NCBI GenBank assembly: GCA_003427395.1
Contig: BFEA01000005.1
Location: 3,385,912-3,449,911, forward strand
Source of the DNA: Chara braunii
Taxonomy: Eukaryota; Plantae; Charophyceae
Direction: 5' to 3'
Length of the DNA: 64,000 nucleotides
Shown here: positions 20,201-32,305 of the stretch, piece after piece
Position numbering within the stretch: the stretch's first letter is position 1
How the letters are laid out: every line of letters starts with the position of its first letter
Notes under the pieces: model-generated
What the model was told of the DNA's origin: nothing
Database searches by the model: none
What the model saw: the letters and a program-made list of their open reading frames with translations, nothing else
Translations under genes and position numbers: made by a program

Positions 20201-23200
20201 GATAACAACCTCTCTCTTTTCCTTGCTTATAATCCAAAGTGCTTGTACTATAGCTAAAATGTTGTTAAAAATTGATCGTCCTTTGACGAAGCCCCTTGCT
20301 CATTTCCCACCAAATTCGGAAGCACTGGGGCAAGTCTAAGGGCTAGGATTTTTGCGAACAACTTATAAGATACGTTCAGGACAGAAATGGGCTGCCAGTT
20401 TCGTATCTCCCGCTTATCTCTCTTTTTGTATAGTAAGGATATCATTCCTTTTACCAATCATTTTTGTAGGGTGCATATTTCCAATGTTTTGTTGTAAATA
20501 TCGTAAAAGAACTGGCCAAAGGAGCCACATGAAGAAAGAAAAAATTCAATCGGAAGGCCATCCGAACCCGGGAACTTGCTTTTCGCCATTTGGCGAGCTG
20601 CACGTGTGGTCTCTTCTAACGTGATAGAGGTCTCTAGTGAAAGTCTCATATCAAAAGACAATTGTTTGGAGGAACAATCCCAAAAGGAATAATGTTCTGC
20701 CAGGTTTGTATCGAAGCAGTCATAGAGCCTTCTCGTAGAGACAATGTCCTTAAAGTATTTCATTGCATAAGTACACAGATCCTCAGTCTTTGTGGCTAGG
20801 TGAGTATCTAGTGCAAACGGGTGAGAGAGTTCTTTCATTATCGGTTTCGCCTTATATAACATCAAAGATTTAAACGTCTCTTTTGCCATTTTATCATTGC
20901 CCAAAATCCCTTATACCTTCAACCACTCTTGTCAGTCGACCTGTTTGTGTACTTCCAACTCCTCCAATTCCTGCAGTGCTTTGAGTCTTTTCGTTGACCA
21001 GTGGTATTCTAGAAACGGGTTTGTACCTACATAGGTTTCTCTCTGTTCTATCGTTTTCACTAAATGTTTCTCCGTCCAGTTTCACGAGGCGATTTTCATA
21101 CGAGAGAATTCAATCATTGCCGACTACAAAGTACCCATCCTTGCATCTACCCAGTCTTCTTGGTTTTCGAAGAGGTCTCTAGCTAACTGCCAATCTCTCA
21201 TTTGATATTCGATCCACTAGGAAATCACAGGATCCTTGAGAATTGATACATTCAGTCTAAAATGGGGTCTGCGTCTTTCCACTACCTCTTTTGATGTGAC
21301 CTCCATTACCACAGGGTAGTGGTCTGGTACTGTCGCCACCAGGACATCCGCGCACATACAAGGGTCGCCCCTTGCTAAAATGAAGTCGAGTCGCCTGTTT
21401 GGCTGAGGTGCATTTTTAGATGGTCGTGGGCCATGCCATGTGAACCCAGGGTTGTCAGGGTTAAGGATACTGTAGGTGTCAAACAAGTTCCGGTTTCCAT
21501 GAAAGAGGACAAGAGCAAGGCATCTTCTCTCACAGGAAAAACGTTTGGGGAATTTAGTCCGAGGTTCATGGTGCAATTTCAATCCCCAACATAATTAGAT
21601 TTTTTGTGTCTGGTATTATTTTCGGGAGATCGACAAAAAAAATAATTATAGCAGCGTAATCCACCGAAGCAGAGATAAAGATCACTGCCTAGTCCTCATC
21701 TGCCATGGCTATTTTCAGCCAGGCCCACCGACCTTCGATGTCAGCACAGGAGTCAATGATCTCTACGTCAAAATTATTGTCAAGGAGGATGGCAACACCA
21801 CCTTTTGTCCTTACAGCTGGAGACCAAATTTGGGCCCCTCCCCACCAATTTGATATTTTCGCTACTTTCTCTGGTCCAATTTTTGTTTCTTGAAGGTCTA
21901 TTATTTGGACTTTTTGAGAGTACATCCATTCAGACAGTCTTTGTCTTTTATAAGAATTGTTGAGGTCACCTAGTCCCGAACATTCCAACTAGCAAGTCTT
22001 ATCCTACTGGGTAGAACCATTCTCGTCTGCTGTTCCGCTCGGTTCTTGGATGCGGATCTCAGTATTAGTTGCGGTGCTAGATGAAGCATAGTCTGCAACC
22101 AGTAACTCTCCAACTGTAAAATTTAAATTCTTTCCTGTTCTCCTTTTAAGGAGAGTCTCAACAAAGGTATCGACCATGAGGATCGACCGGTTGTCAGACT
22201 GTACCAACCACTCTGCCACCACGTGAGCTGACAGGCCTGTCAAAAGCCTGATAGCTTGGATGGTGTCAGATTGGGGGGTAGTTAGGCGAGTAAGTTCAAC
22301 CCAGTATATTCTTAGGTCATCCCACTTAGCTTTGATAGCTGTTATGTGGGTAAGATCCAAGAAAACTATTTTGAATCTTACCTTCGCGCCCCCTGGTGTG
22401 TCCACCAATTGCCGTGTCATTTTTGGTTATGGAAGAATACCCACCTGTCCCAGATTTTGTAGTAGGTGAGTCTTTATTAGGTTGCATATCATCACTGGGG
22501 AGGGGGAACTGCGCAGCAGGATGGACGAGAGGAGTAAAGTCTCATCCTTTCCGATGACTGTCACAAATCTCAATCTTTGGTCGTCGTGCGAGCAAATCAG
22601 GGGGATAAGGTATTTAAGAATTTGACCTTTGGCCTTCTCTTCCCTGATTAATGTTCGTATTGGGGCTGCCATGGCAAGGGATCGTCTAGGCGGACGAGAG
22701 ATCTGTGAACGCCCTCACTTTAGGGGGGCGCTCCGAGCATCCTCGTTCGAACCACATCCAAGTTCATCGTTGCACCTTCTGGCCTGGGGTTTGAGACCAT
22801 CTATTCTGGGACGTTTCACCGATGAAGCAGTAAGCGGTATACCAAGGGGGGGTTGCTTTTCTTGGGGAGTAGCTGTTCGGGAGGAGAAAATAAAGGGGAC
22901 AAACGAGTCTACCCTTTTTCCTTTCTGCATCAGCGTTAAACCCTTTGCTTCTCCTTTTTCCTCAGGTTCATCAAACATCCCTGTAGTTGGGGAGAAGAAA
23001 TCTTGTGTTGGATCTTTATCCTCGTCTTCTTACCCTTCCGATGATACCGCTTCTGCCTCGTCCTCTATCGTAAGTAGGACCTTTTTATCGTTAATGACGA
23101 TAAATTTCACGCTCATTTTACTTTTAACTTCCTCATCTTCATTTGTCGGGGTCTGCCCAAAAACTACGTTAGTGTAGATTGAAACCTTGTTAGGCTTTCA

Positions 23201-24950
23201 TGTGAGCATGTGGGTCAGCGTTTCTGTTGGCCCAACTGTCTCTCCTGATGTTTTAGGGCCCAACAGATGACTTTCAATATTTGGTGGGGGGGCCTCGTTT
23301 TGGACCCCACGTAGGGGGTCAGGAGGGGGGGGCACTCCCTTTTTGACGGACAGAGTGGGGGGTCCGGGTGGGTTCAAGGGGGGGGGGAGGGCGGGGCGGG
23401 GGAGAGATATCATTAATTCACCCACTTTGAAACCTTCCTCCACCAACGCCCTTCCTTCCCTTTCTTCCGATACTTTGTTTACCCCATTTGTTTCTCCTTC
23501 AATTCTGCCAACCTCGATCCCTCTATGACGTTTGTCTCAGCGGGTATCGTCTCGTTTCTATGCATTTCTTTAACTTTGTTGTTGCGCCTTCATTGCTTTT
23601 TTACCTCCGTTCTGCCTCCCACTTTTTTTTTTCTTTTCCGCAAGGTTCTTCTTCTTCTTCTTGACCTTCGGAGGCTGGCTGCACAAGATGTCTTTGTAGG
23701 ACGGGGGACTACGTATGTCGTCCTCCTTTCCCTTCTGGAGTAACTCTCGCTCCCTCTCCTTCTTCGCTTGATTTTCTGTTTCGTCCTCCCTTGTGTTCTC
23801 CTCCTCGTTATCCAAGTCCTTCATTTCTTCGTCAGGTTTGGCGGGGCCCTTCTCCCCCTTCCCCTTCTCTTTCTCTTTCTCCTTCACCCTTTCTTGTCTT
23901 GAGGTATCCCCTTCAGGCCCTTTACCCTTCTCCCCTTCGGACCCTTTTCCCCGGGAGTCACAGTCGTTCTTTGTTACCTTCTTGTTTTCTCGACCCTTTT
24001 CTACAAAACTAGGCAGGACCACGGGTTGATCTTTCTCGTTCTTATGAGGGTTCAAGTTCTTTCTTGCGGGGCATGCGTCGTCTTCTTTCGAATGAAAGTG
24101 TTGTCTACATGCCCGACACCACGGTGTCTGAGCATGAACCACCTCGATTTCTACGTAACCACCTTTCTTCATGTCGATTATTAAATAAGGCTTATACCGA
24201 ATTCGGGCCCCATGCTCCAGATCGAACCGAATATTCATTAATTCGGGCGACGTTATTTCGATATATGTTTCGTGTTTTTTTTTCAGGATCTCGTCGAAGG
24301 CTCCTTTGACTGTTGCGGCCATGTACGATAGAGCCGCCACCAGAACATACATACAATATATTAAAAAAAGACTAATTTGTGAGTTTCTCTCCATTCAAAA
24401 AGTTTATTTTCTGGCATCCATGGACAAAAGAAAATATTATAGGACTTCCCATTTAACATAATTTTATCTTTTTTTTTCCTTAGCATCCATTGGGCAATGA
24501 CCTTGGAGTACACAACGTGGGTTATTAAATTATACCCTTCGTTGTGGAACACTCCCCTCTTAGGGGAGCCGTCAATTGCTCCGCTCGTTGCCCACCTATT
24601 TTCGTACATACGAATCAAACGTATTTTGACTTTTACCGACAGCGATTTGGAGTCATTTCCGAAACCAACTGACACCGCATTTTTGGCCAGCCACTCTTCT
24701 TGGACTACGTAAAGTTCGGGGCTGACTACCACACGTACAAAATCCTCTCCCACGTCCACCTGGTCAGAAATAAGCTTTTCCGGAAGAAGACCCTCGTTAT
24801 AGCACTCCGTGAGAATACCCTTAACCCTGTCTTTCTCCGTTTGAGAAATCGACGGGGCCGGTTCAAGAATCACACGGTCTCCCATGATGTTTGAACAGAA
24901 TGTGCTGATAGGAAGCCAAAAACTCTCGACAACGAGACACACCACACAAC
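17300..24950 (-). mobile_element. Decayed L1/Tx1-like LINE (ORF1 with zinc knuckle; ORF2 APE endonuclease, RT, C-terminal zinc finger)
   Basis: ORF1 from ATG ~24885 with CRACRQHFHSKEDDAC (~24070-24125); APE motifs WNVRGL (frameshifted), LQETK, GGVAIL, RLDFIL, PDHYPV (21217-21995); RT KFPGSDGLPIEFF, WQPISVLNVSYK, LRQGCP, IADDL; zf-RVT-like C..C...HL..C ~17725-17790. Ends not resolved. Confidence 0.92.
19374..20335 (-). repeat. ~480-bp tandem duplication inside the LINE RT domain
   Basis: 19374-19849 and 19847-20335 both run AGTAACTGAATTTTTGCAGG...GGAAGCACTGGGGCAAGT, with AGT microhomology at the junction. Confidence 0.88.
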
Positions 24951-25196
24951 AAACACTTCAAATTAATTATGGTAATCTATATTACCGACCAGCCTCAATA
25001 AATAGGGAATAGTTAGATAATGTCCCACCCCTTCCAGGTAAGAGGAAAGAGATTACCCTTAGAGGTCTCGTGTTTCCTAGCCGACTTCGCCTTTTCTTTA
25101 GAAGCCATCGTACTTCAGGAGATTTGACCTGGCCGCGGTGTAAGTACCTCAGGTTATACAACATCCTCTCGTCAACTTTACTCGCTTTCACCACAT

Positions 25197-25526
25197 AACC
25201 AAAATACGCTTATACCTCGTCGCATCGCCAAAGGATTCGGAGGGAAGCGTGTCTGATTAACCCTAATTGTGGTTTAGCGGTGGGCGTCACCGAAGCGGAG
25301 CTTAGCGCTAAAATTTAGTGTCAGCCAGCCTCCGAAGGTCATCTGGGCATGGTTCACGTCATACTGCTTGGTACTTAGCTGGTCATATGACGCCAACCGC
25401 CAAAATACGCTTATACCTCGACGTGGGCATGGTTCACGTCATACTGTTGTACCTTTTCAGATGGGACAAGGCCACGACCGTCTGGAGAAATGGGGATTTG
25501 GTACTTAGCTGGTCATATGACGCCAT
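25197..25526. repeat. Cluster of short interleaved direct repeats
   Basis: CCAAAATACGCTTATACCTCG, GGGCATGGTTCACGTCATACTG and TTGGTACTTAGCTGGTCATATGACGCCA each occur twice. Confidence 0.75.
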
Positions 25527-26186
25527 CCACAAATTGTGCAAGAACTTTTGTGAACGAATTTTGCCAATTTTTGAAGAAAAAAAACAAAAAAACAAAAGGG
25601 CGTTTACGGTCAGCGCAAAATCTCTTGCTTCGCAGCTTCCCAGACCGCCGACAAATGCACACAAGAATAGTACATTTGCGAATCTGGTAGATCTGTGTGA
25701 CTAGTCTTTTCCCTTTTTTTTTGGAATTTTGGGAATATAGGTCCCCGTGTGAGTATGCCCTGATTCTACACCGAAATGGTCGTTAGCAAGGAATACCTAC
25801 TGCATAAAAAAAAACACCTGCCCGACGAACCATTTTGGTCAAACCTGACGTTGCGCCAACCATGACCAGTACGGAACCAACCCGGATCTCTCCGTAGCCC
25901 ACGGGGTAGGTTGGCAGCACAGCAGCGGTGCAAGCGCAAGGCTATACGAGTCCTCATCACTGTGATGAGGGGTGGTCAAACATTGTCGATGGGGGAAATC
26001 GGCAGTGCTAGCATCGAGCAATGACCAGTCACTGCAGCTCCCCTTACCCCCCCAACCCCACATAAAAGTGTCAAATGGTCAATATTGTCGCTGCATAGCA
26101 ACCAACAACATCAGCCAGGGTCCTGCCAATGTTGACTTTGGGGGCAACGGGTTATCTCCAGCTGGTAGAGAACACCAAGCCTTGAC

Positions 26187-26256
26187 GCCAATGGGGATTG
26201 AACCCACGACCTTCTGAATGCAACTTTTGTGCGTTACCAACTGAGTTGCATGTGTG
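26187..26256 (-). pseudogene. Degenerate tRNA-like sequence (Ala-TGC-like; tRNA pseudogene or SINE head)
   Basis: Minus strand AACTCAGTTGGTAACG (A-box), TTGCAT loop and GGTCGTGGGTTCAATCCCCA (B-box). Anticodon and acceptor stems do not pair. Confidence 0.55.
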
Positions 26257-26740
26257 CGTAAAACACATTTATATTGAGGCCCCTAATCCTACCCTCGTGC
26301 CAGTGGAACATGGTCACAGGGCATGGTTCTACGACCGTAGCCTAAGGACGGAATACAATTCAAGACATGGTGCGTCAGTAGTGGAACGATCAACTAGATT
26401 ATGATGGTCGTTGCCCTTTTATACACCACCAGTACCTCGGATCCCTTTTTGACTGGGGCTGTAAATGCCATGTGCACGAAAAAAAATGAACCACCACAAA
26501 CCTCTTTTTGGCTGCTGTCGCCAACCATTTCGCTCTGGCTACCAATTCCCGAAATTTGCAGCTTGCGTGCAACAACATCGGAGAAAAATGGTTAGGCAAG
26601 GTATTGATGGCCATATCACCCCTACCATGATGGTAGAAAGGTGATAATTATGAGTGGTAGACACTGAGTATGACTGAGGGAGAAGGGTTGTGCGAGGAAA
26701 AAATAATGAGAGTTGAAGGTTGGAAGGGAGTCTCATAAGC

Positions 26741-26778
26741 CTGTCTCTTATACACATCTAGATGTGTATAAGAGACAG
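26741..26778. other. Nextera mate-pair junction adapter (assembly artefact)
   Basis: Exact CTGTCTCTTATACACATCT+AGATGTGTATAAGAGACAG. Confidence 0.98.
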
Positions 26779-26853
26779 ATAACACACAGAAGCAACGGAA
26801 AAAAAAAGGAATCCCTTTTCCTGTGATTGAGGGCAGATACATGATGCTACAGC

Positions 26854-26891
26854 CTGTCTCTTATACACATCTAGATGTGTATAAGAGACAG
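26854..26891. other. Nextera mate-pair junction adapter (assembly artefact)
   Basis: Second exact copy of the 38-bp double mosaic-end palindrome. Confidence 0.98.
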
Positions 26892-26933
<42 letters not shown>

Positions 26934-27694
26934 AAAAAAAAAAAAAAAAAAAAAAAACTAAGTGTGTGTGTGTGTGTGCGCTGCGTTGCGCCTCTGCCCG
27001 CGCGCGGGATTGTCATGTGTGAGTGTGTGTGTGTGTGTGTGTGCGCGCATGGTGGGTGGCGGGGGGGTGGGGCGACCCCTCCCCCACCACTCGATCAATC
27101 AATCAATCAACCAATCATGTCCCACCGGTGGTCCCCGCACTATGTCCCGCCGGTGGTCCCCGACACTATGCCTTGCCGGCGATCCTCGTTTCTCTTGACG
27201 TTTTTCCTCCCTACGGTGGCCTTATTTCTTTTGTCTCCCTCATGTTCCGTATGTCGATCTTCCCGACCGTGGCTTTTTACTTGGCCCATAGCCCTTTTTC
27301 CTTCTTGATGCCGCATCCCGGTGGCCCTCTTGGCCCGGGCTACATTCTCACGCGCCGGCCTCTTTTCAATTTTTTTTCTCCTTGCGGCGTGCAACCTATG
27401 ATACTATTTTTCCCGGCAGTCCTTCTCCTTTTCGGGAGAACGGCCGCCTCTGCTAATTTCTTACGGTCTCTTGTCGCTCGCTGTTCCGCTAGTATCTCCT
27501 TGGTCCAGCGGTTCCAGCAACCCAGGGCAACTTCTAAATCCCTAAGTGCTAGTATTAATCCCTTCAATCTTTCTATCCTCCTTACCTCCGGTTTTCTCTA
27601 TCGTGCACAATTCTGCAGTATACCGCCTCTCAACAGACAAGACTTATCTCGGGACCCACCGGTCCCGACAACACCTTCATTCTCGTGTTGCACC

Positions 27695-28110
27695 CTCCAC
27701 TACACGTGCTAGGAAATCCAATAGACTATTTCAAGTTTCAACGGATTTCTTGGCACGTGTAATGGAGTGAGCCCATCGCACCAAATGTGTAAAATGACAA
27801 TGAATCTTCGGTTAGAACATGGGTAGATACACAACCATATTTTTTGTTTTTTGTGAATGTGGTGAGTAGTTGAGTGAGACCCTATAACGGGCATCGAACA
27901 TGGGTCTCGCCCGACTACGCACCACATACACAAAAGACAAAAAATATGGTTGTGTATCTTCACGTATTCTAGAGGAAGATTCATTCTCATTTTGCACATT
28001 TGGTGAGTGGGGCTCTGTCCACAACGCGTGCCAGGAAATCCAACGAGAAGTTTCAAGTTTCAACAAATTTTATGGCATGTGTAGTGGAGACACCCACTCA
28101 CCAATGTTTT
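27695..28110. repeat. Foldback repeat: ~140-bp inverted arms with partial further arms on both sides
   Basis: 27742-27881 is the imperfect reverse complement of 27902-28040 (20-nt loop). TTTCAAGTTTCAAC recurs at ~27728 and ~28051. A related arm lies at ~56240-56370. Confidence 0.8.
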
Positions 28111-28599
28111 CAAGCTTCTGTCACTTTCTGACAGATTCTGCTCAGGTGTAAAAGGTAAGTTTCTGGTTCTCTTTTTTTTTTTGCAAAAACACTGAGTTCT
28201 TGTCGTTTTCGAACTCCCGAAATGGAAAGAACCAAGTTCAGCCAACACATAGAAATTGCCTTGTGGGCCGAGCGCGGCCCCAGAAAAAAATTCCTGGCCA
28301 ATCTATCACTTTCCGCAGGGCTTGGGAACTTCAATTCAGCCCCCCCCCAAGGGTTTTTTTTTCAGGGACCCTTATTTTAGCGGTTGCGGCGCACCATATG
28401 CACGCGCAACGTGCGCAATGCGTAGTGCACAACTGCAGCGCACGTGATGCGCCGCAACCATGGTAAATATGAAGCTTCCTTTCACGTACAATGAATAAAC
28501 ATGGGAACATTTGTTACTTTGGATTGCAGTAATTCAAATGTATTGTGGAATTGCGCCAGTAGAACGGGAAAGTCAAACCGCCTTCTCTACCTCATGCTT

Positions 28600-28811
28600 G
28601 CGTTAGGAGTACCTATTGATGGAAAAGGTGCTTTAGGCGTTGTAGAGCGAAGACGTGTAGAAGTCAAAGCTCCGGGAATTATTTCACGTAAATTTGTGCA
28701 TGAACCAATGCAAACAAGATTAAAAGCGGTGGATAACCTTGTTCCAGTAGGTCATGGTCAACGAGAACTTATTATTGGAGATAGACAAACAGGTAAGACT
28801 GCTATAGCTAT
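28600..28811 (+). pseudogene. atp1: Second atp1 NUMT fragment
   Basis: Reads [70 protein letters not shown]. 28717-28811 is identical to 1-95. Ends at an N. Confidence 0.92.
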
Positions 28812-28823
28812 NAAAATTAGGGC

Positions 28824-29734
28824 AACATAACAGTGTCGGGCGAGTAACCGTGCCGATCCAAAACAGTGACCGTATCAATCCGATCCAGTTTCCGTACGTC
28901 GCCACTCCAGTGACCGTTCCAATCATCTCGTCATTGAACTGTAGTGGCTCGCTGTCCCAGTGACCGTTCCAATCATCTCGTCATTGAACTGTAGTGACTC
29001 GCTGTCCCAGTGACCGTTCCATCCTGACGTGGCCACCGTGACCTGAATCGAGTTCCATTGATCCGAAAAGCGACTCGATGACCAAGTGTCCTCCCGAGTT
29101 CTCTCGCGACATTCCGCGTGCATGAGACTCCAGGAAGACACGGGTGCCGCACACTCAATAATATCCGGGTTATAATAAGGGTGATAATTAGGAAAAATCT
29201 GGTAAAATTCGGTGAGGGATAATAAATAGGGAAAATTCGTTTAAATCGGCGAGTTGAGATAAATAGGTAATTCTTGTTAAAATCTTCGGGAGCAGATTTG
29301 GCTAAAATTTGTTTAATAATAAAATAATCGCTTGTTCCCTTTTCTTTTTACCAGTTTTAATATCGTTACCCATTTTTAATTTAATCATTACATTTAATTA
29401 AATTTTAAGGCCTCACTTTCTCATCATCTGGTCAGCGTAGGAAGGTCGCGCGAAGGCTTACCAGCATAAGCTCATTTCATGGTTGGCTGATTCGAAGACA
29501 ACCTCAAAAGAGACGAAAAAGGTAAGCGCCATGCACGGTAGAGGTCGCTGTCCAATCATCAAATTTTAAGGGTTAGTATCGGCGGTTCATGAAGGGGAAT
29601 TCAAAGTCCGTCTCAGGACCCCTAATTTTTCCCGACACCCCCGACGAGGCTATCGAAAGAATACCGTCTAAGCATTCGGTTAAAGACTGAACTCCGTTTA
29701 TTTCGGGTGGCCGACTACTTGTGGTTGCCCGACA
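28824..29734. repeat. LTR-like terminal repeat (partial), inverted copy of 59988-60853; contains a 50-bp tandem repeat at 28907-29021
   Basis: Continuous reverse-complement similarity to 59988-60853. Shared terminus TGTCGGGC / GCCCGACA. Confidence 0.8.
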
Positions 29735-32305
29735 GTAAGCCCGGACCTCTTCTCGACGCTCCCGTCGAGCCTCATCTATATGTCCAGAAAGCATGTCACC
29801 GACTCGAAGGGTGCTGCTCCTCTCTTAAAATTGCAATTGTTGATCGGAGAAGGACGTTCTCCACGATTACAGGACAGTTCCCCACATCGTCCACTACTCT
29901 TTGAGGAACCATCTCATCGTTAATCAGAGTCCCCACGATACCACTCCTTGGAATGTAAAATACGTTCTGAGGCATGTTCTTTCGACACCAAAGAAAACGG
30001 GCGAGGTGCAGTTCGCTCTAGTGCTTGAAGTCGTGACTGATCTGCGACTGAATAGAATCAACGAAGATCTCATCGGTCAAAGGTACCAGTTTCCCTCGTC
30101 CGGGATCGATAAAAATCGTGTCTGTGATAGTCACTCTTGTGGCACCAGTGATATATAGGGGCTCATCTCGCGTTCACTTGGACTCTTCCCGTATGGAACA
30201 TCGCATACGTTGACTAAGCGCTCGCCTCAAGGGCGTTGCTGTATCAGAAACTCCCTCTGGAGCTCGTTTTCGTGGTGATAATACTCTTTGTTCTTCTTTC
30301 TCTCCCTCTTCATCCACGATAACTATATTCTGGTCAATCTCTTCTTTGAAGAAAGCGCTCGTAATGATTTGGTAGATGTGACGTGGATGAACACTATAGG
30401 CGTATTGTCTCCTGACTGTAAGAAAATCCCGACACTTCGACTCTTTACCGTCGCTTTTACCTCGTCCAACGACACTCGTCTAACCTCCAAGTCTTCCTTC
30501 TTCGAAGAAAATATGAATGCATCCCTCAAATTGTCGGTTCTTTGGACGTACTATTGGTCCTCCAGTCTCACTACGCCATAGTCTGTTGCCTTCTGAAGAT
30601 TGGTGCAATCTCTCCCTATATGGTCATCCGAACAGCAATAGACGCACGTGTTACGAGGAGAAGAAGGTCCATCCTCTACATGTCTATATCCTCCGTGTTC
30701 GCCTGATGTCCGAGCATCCCAAGAACCCGGGCCAGACTCACGTAGTCCTCTAGTATCATCACACGATGTCGCCGAGACATCTCTCCTCTCGTGTCGTTCG
30801 TGGGAATGATCGCATCGGTCCCTCTCCGTCACATGGTCATACCTATTTAGACTCTTAGGATACTCTTCTGCATGACGGAGGTCTTCGAGACCTCGTTCAT
30901 ATCTTGGGCTGTGAGGGTAGATTTCCACCCGACCATGTCGTCGATACCCGTTGTCCCTATCTCTCGTATAATCTCTAGGATGGGCAAAATATCGATCTCG
31001 ATCTTCGTCCTTGTACCTAGGGGGATCGTCGCGACGTATACGATATTGTTGCTCCCTTGCTCGATAATCGGCTAGTGTCCAAGGGTTTCTATCGTCCACG
31101 TCTCTCCACGGTTATGGGTCTCGATTATGCTACCTTTGTGAGTACGCTGAACCGGTCCTAACCCGATCGCACCTCAGCGAGTTCGACGGACCGTTCCTCG
31201 CCTGATAACCGACAGTCTCCGTCTTTGTCTCTATCCTTGCGACCTGTCGAGCCAAACCCTTAATCATCTCTTTTAGGTCTGAATCGTCAGTGATGTTTAT
31301 TCGCTGGTCTCTAGGTCCATCAAGGGGGTATCGGTGGTCTGCTCAAGGCCTATCATCAAAATCTGAGCACCTCTCTTCACCGGAAGAACGAGAAGTTGGC
31401 CGGAGGCTCTCCCTGTGGCGAAATCCAGTCCAGACTAGGTCCTTATACTCGTTAGTGTCGGCCCTTATGGACAACCTAACAACCGTCGCAAACTTTAGTC
31501 GATCGTCCGAAAGGTCTCTTAGAATCCCTTTTTGTTTTTCCATCGACAACCAACTGATGAAAATGGTGCACCTGTCTACCTCAGATAACTTCCGCTTTGC
31601 CACCAACACATCCGACATCTTTTCCAACCTCCTCCCGAATGCCAGAACACTCTCATCCTCTTCCCGACTCTGCTTCTCCATGTTTTTGATAGAGTACATA
31701 ATATCCTCATGCTTGAAGAGCTGATATAAATTTTCCTTGTAAGTCTTCCAGCGTTGTTCCCCTTGCCTCGCACTTTTTATCTTCTTGCCAAAACTCGGGT
31801 CAGAGTTGAACACGAAGTTGTCGATAATCTCATCCTCTGTCCACCGACTATGATACGCATGCCGCTCCCACTTTTCTAAGTAATCTTAAATCCCATATCC
31901 CCTGAAGATGGGAGGCCTGGTATCAAGCTCAGGAGTTTGATGCGATATAATATATTTGTCTCGCCTCTCATAGGTTAGAGTATAAGATTCCCGATCTCCG
32001 GATCGAAGAAGCATCGAGGAGGATTGTTATATCTGTCTCTATCTCAATCGCATCTTTTCTCTCTCTTGTACCGATATCGTCAATCATCTCTGCGATGATT
32101 ATCTCTCATCTCCTTACGCCTTTGATCAGGCGATCTCGGACGTTACTCTCCATCTCAATCTATCGCGACTGGCTCCATCCTACTCCTCTCTCGCACAAAA
32201 GCCACTGACTGGGTCGTGGTAGTAATAGCCTGTGATATGTCAGTTACTTCCGGCTTCCCATCGTCATCCAGGTTCTCACAAGCCAGTGAAGTCTGTCTAA
32301 AACGT
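29735..32305 (-). mobile_element. Decayed gag-only retroelement internal domain (copy E1)
   Basis: Capsid-like PPIFRGYGI*DYLEKWE...QSREEDESVLAFGRRL; R/D-rich linker; CCHC knuckle CVYCCSDDHIGRDC at 30605-30646. No pol motifs before the terminal repeat. Confidence 0.75.

Noticed and set aside
26741-26891. Tn5/IS50 transposon ends
   Set aside because: Head-to-head mosaic ends are the synthetic Nextera junction, and no transposase is present.
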